Assembly (NCBI GenBank): GCA_015491245.1
Contig: WFWH01000021.1
Span: 1 to 45,651 of the forward strand
Length of the DNA stretch: 45,651 bases
Direction: 5' to 3'
From: Patescibacteria group bacterium
GTDB taxonomy: Bacteria; Patescibacteriota; Minisyncoccia; Phycocordibacterales; UBA12088
Position 1 is the stretch's first letter; every line of letters starts with the position of its first letter. The notes under the pieces were generated by a model, which saw only the letters and a list, made by a program, of their open reading frames with translations, had not been told where the DNA came from and did no database searches. The translations under genes and the position numbers were made by a program. Positions 9,828 to 15,646 of this stretch are shown piece by piece.

Positions 9828-9944
9828 GGTGCTGGTATTGTAGCACGGACCTGCCGCTTCCCTATCCCCTGCGTGCGCCATGGGGCTGCGCCAGAGCGTA
9901 GCAATCGCTCACGAGAGGCGCGGCGTGCAGAGAGACGCACCCAC

Positions 9945-10721
9945 TCACTCACGGGCACGCTGCGGCAACAACGCGCAGTCAGTAACTACCTGCACCTCCC
10001 GCATAGAGTGGATGACGCACACCGGAAGGCGCGCACGCCGGCACGCTTTTTCGTTAAGCGCCTGCCGCAGGCGCCGACACTTCTTGCTACCCACTGCGTA
10101 CAATGTGGCGTGATCCACCTTTTTCTGCAAAAAAGCGGCAGTGGCGGTAATACGGCGTGGATGGACAGTAATCCCTTTCGGTAATAGGAGCGGGGCGACC
10201 CATGCAGAACTACCCTCACTGAAAAGCGCTTCCTCAAACCGCGTACCGCGCGCCCCGGGCAAAAGGCCCGCAGTGTGGCCGTCTTCCCCCATACCAAGCA
10301 CCGCGACAATTTTCGCCGAAGGATGCGCTGCGAGCCACGCGCGCCACGCACGCGCTATGCGGCGCGCAAGTGCGGCAGCACCCTCGCCGCGCTCCGGCAC
10401 TGTGGGAATAATCTCCCACCCCACCTGTACACAATTGCGGTAAAAATCCGTAGTGGTGAACTGTAGAAAATTGTTGTTTTGCGGATCGCGCGTAACGCGG
10501 TCGTCTAGCATGGAAACTGCCCCCACGGAACCGCGACAGAGAGGTGAGATATTCATGCACGCAAGCGCCGAACCGCCGGAGAGGAGAAGTAACACGGGGA
10601 TGTGGCGGTCCCTCTCACGCTCAAGCACATCGCACACCAACTGGCTACACTTCTCACGCACGCGAGATGCGGGATACGTATGGAGCGTAATGCGGGGAGA
10701 AATCCTACGCATGGTGCCCAT
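9945..10721 (-). CDS. pgl: 6-phosphogluconolactonase-like protein
   Basis: LSGGS, DDR, LGMGEDGHTAGL, RIT motifs; overlaps the gnd stop; start uncertain (10721 or 10712). Confidence 0.78.
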   Translation of the reverse strand: MGTMRRISPRITLHTYPASRVREKCSQLVCDVLERERDRHIPVLLLLSGGSALACMNISPLCRGSVGAVSMLDDRVTRDPQNNNFLQFTTTDFYRNCVQVGWEIIPTVPERGEGAAALARRIARAWRAWLAAHPSAKIVAVLGMGEDGHTAGLLPGARGTRFEEALFSEGSSAWVAPLLLPKGITVHPRRITATAAFLQKKVDHATLYAVGSKKCRRLRQALNEKACRRARLPVCVIHSMREVQVVTDCALLPQRARE

Positions 10722-11640
10722 CCTGCGCCGCGCGGGGTGCCGTATCCGCTGCAGCCACTGTGGGATGGCTACCAAACTGTGCGCGCAAAGCCGCCACCAT
10801 TTTCATGGCAAAGGAGGGGGTGGTACGGCTTGCTTTTCTTTCCCGCAGGGCGGTTTCCAATGCAGGCATGTGCGCGAGGCGCGCCAATTCCTCCATCTCT
10901 TCCTCGGTGTCGCCTCGTGGTACCGTACCGGCAATTTTTTTCAGACCGGGGTCTTCTTCCCACGCTTTTTGCGCCCACCGCGTGAGGGCGCCCTCAATAA
11001 TGGAACCGTGGTTGTATACCGAGAGCACCGTGCCAATATCGGTACCAAACAACCCACGCGCTTTCTCCAGCGCACCCACTCCCTCCCCCAACGCCTGCAT
11101 CATGCCGTACTCTATGCCGTTGTGCACCATCTTTACAAAATGCCCCGCGCCGCTCTCTCCCACGTAGCCGTAGCCCCCTTCTTGCGCCAAATCGCGGAAT
11201 ACTTGCTCCACACGCGCCACTGCCTCCCGTGGGCCACCCACCATGAGGGTGGCGCCGGTGCGGGCGCGCACGGTGCCGCCGGAGACACCCACATCAATGA
11301 AGTGCAGGCCCAATGCGCGCGCACGCTCTGCGCGAGCGCGCGTTTCCTCAAAAAAGGTGTTGCCGCCGTCCACCACCGTGTCGCCACTTTCCAAGAGAGG
11401 GAAGAGCTCCTGCACTACCCCTTCTACATGGCGCCGCTGCACCATAATGAACACGAGGCGAGGCGCGGAAAGGCGCCGCACCAGATCGGCAATATTCTCT
11501 GCGCCCTCGGCACCAGCTTGTGCCGCGCGTGCCACCGCCTCCGCATTCACGTCGTAGGCAACTACCTCATGCCCTTTTTCCAAAAGAAGCGCCACCATGC
11601 CGCTCCCCATGCGGCCGAGGCCGATAAAGCCAACCTGCAT
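10705..11640 (-). CDS. gnd: Decarboxylating 6-phosphogluconate dehydrogenase, short type
   Basis: GFIGLGRMG, DGGN, DVGVSGG, GAGHFVKMVHNGIEYGMMQ, LRAQFGSH. Confidence 0.95.
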   Translation of the reverse strand: MQVGFIGLGRMGSGMVALLLEKGHEVVAYDVNAEAVARAAQAGAEGAENIADLVRRLSAPRLVFIMVQRRHVEGVVQELFPLLESGDTVVDGGNTFFEETRARAERARALGLHFIDVGVSGGTVRARTGATLMVGGPREAVARVEQVFRDLAQEGGYGYVGESGAGHFVKMVHNGIEYGMMQALGEGVGALEKARGLFGTDIGTVLSVYNHGSIIEGALTRWAQKAWEEDPGLKKIAGTVPRGDTEEEMEELARLAHMPALETALRERKASRTTPSFAMKMVAALRAQFGSHPTVAAADTAPRAAQDGHHA

Positions 11641-11761
11641 ACGAAAAAATATTGCCGGTTACCCCTCCAGTGTACCCCGCCCCGCACAAACCGCCAAATC
11701 TTTGGCATTTTGCACATATGAGTGGTATGGTTATCGGCAGCGTAACAAACAGGAGAGAGAG

Positions 11762-12052
11762 ATGCGTCGCCATCTTTTCGCGGCAGCAATCGCCGCCGCC
11801 TCATCACTCGCTGATGGCAACTTCGCCTTCGGCCAGGAGAAGGCGCACGCAGCGGTGGCATCCGCAGCAGCAGCGTGGGGCGAACGGCTCCGCGAGAATC
11901 CTTCGCTCCTCTTCGGCCCGGGACGCTCAGCGTCGCCGCGGACCGAAAAGAAAGGCCCCAAAAGAGGAGCGAACTGTAAGTGGGACCCAAAACAGGTCCC
12001 TTGGGCCATTTTCCACTGCTGCCCCAACAAAAGGAGCGACTTGGTGTCCTGA
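11762..12052 (+). CDS. Hypothetical 96-aa protein with signal-like N-terminus
   Basis: AGGAGAG ribosome site before ATG 11762, TGGTATGGT -10-like box upstream, hairpin terminator after the stop; no recognisable family. Confidence 0.45.
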   Translation: MRRHLFAAAIAAASSLADGNFAFGQEKAHAAVASAAAAWGERLRENPSLLFGPGRSASPRTEKKGPKRGANCKWDPKQVPWAIFHCCPNKRSDLVS

Positions 12053-12071
12053 ACGAAAACTGTATTTTCGG

Positions 12072-12191
12072 ATCAAAGAGCCGCTCGCAGGAGTCTGCAG
12101 CGGCTCTTATTTCACAGAGATTCTTATTACGCGGAGTCGGATGCGCCGGAGGAAAAACATGAAAAACCTCCGGCGCACTCCCATAGTACCA
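12072..12191 (-). ncRNA. Candidate ~105-nt two-hairpin small RNA with its own -10 box, downstream of the array
   Basis: Minus-strand TGTGGTACTAT (-10 at 12183-12188), 11-bp perfect stem 12142-12152/12167-12177, then the terminator-like stem 12076-12108. Confidence 0.3.
12076..12108. terminator. Hairpin, possibly a bidirectional terminator, between the small ORF and the array trailer
   Basis: AAGAGCCGCT(C)GCAG-GAGT-CTGCAGCGGCTCTT. Confidence 0.6.
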
Positions 12192-12210
12192 CATTAATAC
12201 CCGCTCTTGA

Positions 12211-13309
12211 ATTTACATAAGTAGAAATTTTATATAAGGATTAGACAGGAAGCAAGCAGATCTTGCAATAATTATCTACATAAGTAGAAATTTTATATAA
12301 GGATTAGACACGCATTGCGTTTGCTACCTCCAAAATCTACATAAGTAGAAATTTTATATAAGGATTAGACAGCATAATAATTTCTGCGAGGACAGAAAAT
12401 CTACATAAGTAGAAATTTTATATAAGGATTAGACATGCGCAGTGAGCTCGCAGCCCTTGGATCTACATAAGTAGAAATTTTATATAAGGATTAGACCTGC
12501 ATAGGAATATGCAGAGCGTGGCAATCTACATAAGTAGAAATTTTATATAAGGATTAGACTGGTGCTTTGTGAAGTAGTAGACGGATCTACATAAGTAGAA
12601 ATTTTATATAAGGATTAGACGGGAAGGAGTGCACGCAATGCGTCCGAATCTACATAAGTAGAAATTTTATATAAGGATTAGACGATGTCAACGCCCATCC
12701 ACTGGTTCATATCTACATAAGTAGAAATTTTATATAAGGATTAGACTCCCTCTGCTGCGGTAATCGACATTAATCTACATAAGTAAAAATTTTATATAAG
12801 GATTAGACTGCGCAACCGTCACATCATGATCAGGATCTACATAAGTAGAAATTTTATATAAGGATTAGACCCGCAAGTGTGGTGAGCCGCTAACTACCAT
12901 CTACATAAGTAGAAATTTTATATAAGGATTAGACAGGGACGCCGGTGTGCGTTTGCCCATCATCTACATAAGTAGAAATTTTATATAAGGATTAGACTCG
13001 CAAAAAATGGCTCAACAAAGCCGATCTACATAAGTAGAAATTTTATATAAGGATTAGACCTGGCGGGTTGAGCAGGAGCGGCGGCTATCTACATAAGTAG
13101 AAATTTTATATAAGGATTAGACGCCAGAATAGCCAAACTAGCTGGTTTATCTACATAAGTAGAAATTTTATATAAGGATTAGACTGGCAAAAACAACTTC
13201 ACCGCAGTAGAATCTACATAAGTAGAAATTTTATATAAGGATTAGACTGGTCCGCTCTATGTCTTCGCGGGTAATCTACATAAGTAGAAATTTTATATAA
13301 GGATTAGAC
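12211..13309 (-). CRISPR. Type V-A CRISPR array, 18 repeats of 36 nt and 17 spacers of 25-28 nt
   Basis: Transcribed-strand repeat GTCTAATCCTTATATAAAATTTCTACTTATGTAGAT with the canonical Cas12a AATTTCTAC-loop-GTAGAT handle; variant repeats at 12211 (trailer) and 12773; leader on the cas2 side. Confidence 0.99.
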
Positions 13310-13657
13310 AGCTGATATGGCCTTGTTGAGCCATTTTCTGGAAAGGGGCGATAAATTATTTTCCAAAAAATCTTTATTTTTATTCACCCCCCTCATAGAA
13401 AGACCGAGGTTTTGCTTTTGAAGCGGTGGAAATACGGGGCGGAGGGAGCACCTATCGGCTTCCCCGCCCCGAAATTCCCATGAAAGAGGTGGGCGCGCCG
13501 AGCGCCGCCGCTTTACAACCTCTTATTACACAACTCAACCGGGCCGTCTAAACAATCCTTACACTGAAACTTCCACCTATGCCATTGCCGCCTCACTTCC
13601 CTCCATTTTCGCAGAGGAAAGTGAAACGGTACGGTATGGAATTTTCAATGTGCTTTC
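13310..13657 (-). promoter_or_regulatory. CRISPR leader / cas2-array intergenic region
   Basis: AT-rich tract at about 13350-13385, palindrome ATGGC-N8-GCCAT at 13317-13334, hairpins at 13435-13471 and 13593-13624. Confidence 0.8.
13530..13582 (-). ncRNA. Anti-repeat / anti-leader segment (tracrRNA-like)
   Basis: 13546-13581 aligns to repeat positions 1-31 in inverted orientation: 26 identities, 4 T>C changes (G-U on minus-strand RNA), 1 mismatch, two bulges; 13530-13545 is complementary to the proximal leader. Confidence 0.7.
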
Positions 13658-13939
13658 CTACGTGAATACCAGCACCTCCCCTTCTTCATTCGCCGCCGCA
13701 CCGTATCGGATTACCTTTTTCCTATCCGCCGGAGTGACCGGAATAATAAGTATGCTGTCGGCGCCGGTAAACTTCTTCTTATATTTTAATTCTACCTCAG
13801 CAAGGATATTTTGCAACACCCGCTCACTGTGGCGTACCTCAAACACCGAGTACTGCAGGCGGCGCCCATAGCGCGAAAGAAATTTGGCGAACTTCGCCCG
13901 CAACTTATCGTCTGAAAAATCGTAAGCTACCAGCAGCAT
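13658..13939 (-). CDS. cas2: CRISPR-associated endoribonuclease Cas2
   Basis: LVAYDFSDDKLRAKF...YGRRLQYSVFE motif; 93 aa; adjacent to the leader. Confidence 0.97.
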   Translation of the reverse strand: MLLVAYDFSDDKLRAKFAKFLSRYGRRLQYSVFEVRHSERVLQNILAEVELKYKKKFTGADSILIIPVTPADRKKVIRYGAAANEEGEVLVFT

Positions 13940-14973
13940 ACTCCGTGTGGATCCTCACTCCCCTCCCCCTTGGCGGGTGACGCCTCCGTCGGTAAAAACG
14001 CCGAGGGGGCGCGCGTATATTTACGCACGTCAAACTCTCTCAAAGGATGCCGCCCGGGCAGCATGATATGACGATAAAGCCCTTGTATATAAGCATAAAT
14101 ATCCTCCTTTCTCTCCATGATGGCATCGCTGAAGATGCGATAGTACTTCGGCGCCGCATTCCACGGGAGAGCGTAACCGCCCTGCTTCGTTTTGCAGAAA
14201 TCCTCTTCTTTTATCCGGCCCAACCGGTACGCTTTTAACAGCGCCCTGTCCACGAGACAACGGAACGGTTCCACCGTATCCACCACCAATGATTTTCGGG
14301 CAAAAAACAACTGGTGGTATACCCCCTTGTAGAGGTCAAAGCCGTAGGTGCGCAGCAGCGCCTCGGAGAAATTCCCCAACAAGGTGTATCCGATGTCCAA
14401 CAAAAGATTGGGTATGTCCTCTTTTGCGCGCGGCGCGCGGCGCCGCCACCCTATTTCATGGAAAAACCGCCGGAAAAAGCTGCGTGAAGAAGACCCCTCT
14501 ATGCCCAACAATGCCGCGCGATCTTTTGCCGCGCGCACCTGCTCCAGTATCCGCCGCACGTCGCTTTGGCGCGCGTCTTTTCCCAAAAGGCGCAATTGGT
14601 TTTTTATCTTGTTGGCGACTATGTGTTTTGCAATGAAGAAATTTTCTTCCTCGGAAAGCGCATACTGCCGCATCCGCAAAAGATAGTTCCCCTCCGCGCC
14701 CCCTCCCAAAGAAGCGTACGTACGGTAGTTTTGGTTCAAAAAAAAGAAAGAAACTCCCAGCTCCACCCCCTTGCGCAGCAAGACGCTGGTAAAAGACATC
14801 TCTCCGACAAAAAATACCGCAAGGGCCCTGTGGCACGATGCGCGGTTAACCACCTTTCCGTCTTTGCTGAACACAATATGGTCATTCTGAAACCGCACCG
14901 CGGTTTCACCCTTGTGTGCCCGCGCATCAATAAAAAGTATTTGCTTTTCTTTAAAATCCGCAGGGGAAAGCAT
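13927..14973 (-). CDS. cas1: CRISPR-associated integrase Cas1 (type V-A-like)
   Basis: NKIKNQ, LLGIEG (E), NLLLDIGYT, GVYHQ (H), SLVVDTVEPFR (D) motifs. Confidence 0.96.
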   Translation of the reverse strand: MLSPADFKEKQILFIDARAHKGETAVRFQNDHIVFSKDGKVVNRASCHRALAVFFVGEMSFTSVLLRKGVELGVSFFFLNQNYRTYASLGGGAEGNYLLRMRQYALSEEENFFIAKHIVANKIKNQLRLLGKDARQSDVRRILEQVRAAKDRAALLGIEGSSSRSFFRRFFHEIGWRRRAPRAKEDIPNLLLDIGYTLLGNFSEALLRTYGFDLYKGVYHQLFFARKSLVVDTVEPFRCLVDRALLKAYRLGRIKEEDFCKTKQGGYALPWNAAPKYYRIFSDAIMERKEDIYAYIQGLYRHIMLPGRHPLREFDVRKYTRAPSAFLPTEASPAKGEGSEDPHGVCCW

Positions 14974-15001
14974 ATACTGAAATCCTTATCATCGCCGCCC
15001 G

Positions 15002-15544
15002 CTACCACGCCAAGTTGCCGTAGATGCTACGCGCACCGCGCGCATCCACCTCCCTCTTTACCAAATCGCGCGCATTGAGCGCGCGCATGGCGCGCAGCAC
15101 CTCTTCCAGCTCTTTCCTGTCCTCGGCGCCGGGCAGGGGTATGCGGTAGCGTTTGTTGTCCTCCAGAGAATGGAGTGAAATTTTCTCCACTGGCATCCCG
15201 CCCTCCTCCAGCGCATACACCTGCGCATATATTTGCAAGACGTAGCCGCGGTACACCGCTTTTATCCTCGTCTTGCGCTCTATGAGATGCCGCGTGCGCG
15301 CATCATAAATATCAATGCGCCCTCCCACCTGCAGAGCCTCCGACCATGCATACAAGCCGGAAAGAACCTGCCGACTGGTGCTGTAGGTTCCCGCATCCAG
15401 ATTTTCGTGCAGCAATTTCCCTTTTACCTGCGGCTGCTGCTTATACGTCGCATCGGCATAGCCCATGTGCGCCCCGTGCAGGTAGAGCGATGCGCTGCTG
15501 AAAAGGAAATCGTTGATTTGCGAGAAGGTAATGTATTGCTCCAT
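15002..15544 (-). CDS. cas4: CRISPR-associated Cas4 (type V-A-like), cysteine-free
   Basis: ITFSQINDFLF, GKLLHE, GRIDIY, LIERKT, QIYAQ PD-(D/E)xK motifs; located between cas12a and cas1. Confidence 0.92.
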   Translation of the reverse strand: MEQYITFSQINDFLFSSASLYLHGAHMGYADATYKQQPQVKGKLLHENLDAGTYSTSRQVLSGLYAWSEALQVGGRIDIYDARTRHLIERKTRIKAVYRGYVLQIYAQVYALEEGGMPVEKISLHSLEDNKRYRIPLPGAEDRKELEEVLRAMRALNARDLVKREVDARGARSIYGNLAW

Positions 15545-15550
15545 GTTCCC

Positions 15551-15619
15551 TTAACACAAAGGCACCCCGCAAAGAGCGCCTTTGTGTTAAAGAATAGCAC
15601 AAATTATGCTGGATGTCAA
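15551..15619 (-). promoter_or_regulatory. Internal promoter for cas4-cas1-cas2 with a 13-bp inverted repeat
   Basis: TTGACA (15614-15619)-17 bp-TATTCT (15591-15596) with extended TG; TTAACACAAAGGC/GCCTTTGTGTTAA at 15551-15563/15578-15590. Confidence 0.65.
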
Positions 15620-15646
15620 ATTCTATGCCTTATCTTCATTTCCGCG

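Noticed and set aside
10453-11721. Long alternative-frame ORFs (10453-11721, 16490-17452, 29228-30565, 35331-36443, 39595-40803 and similar)
   Set aside because: Antisense shadows of well-identified GC-rich genes, with no protein motifs
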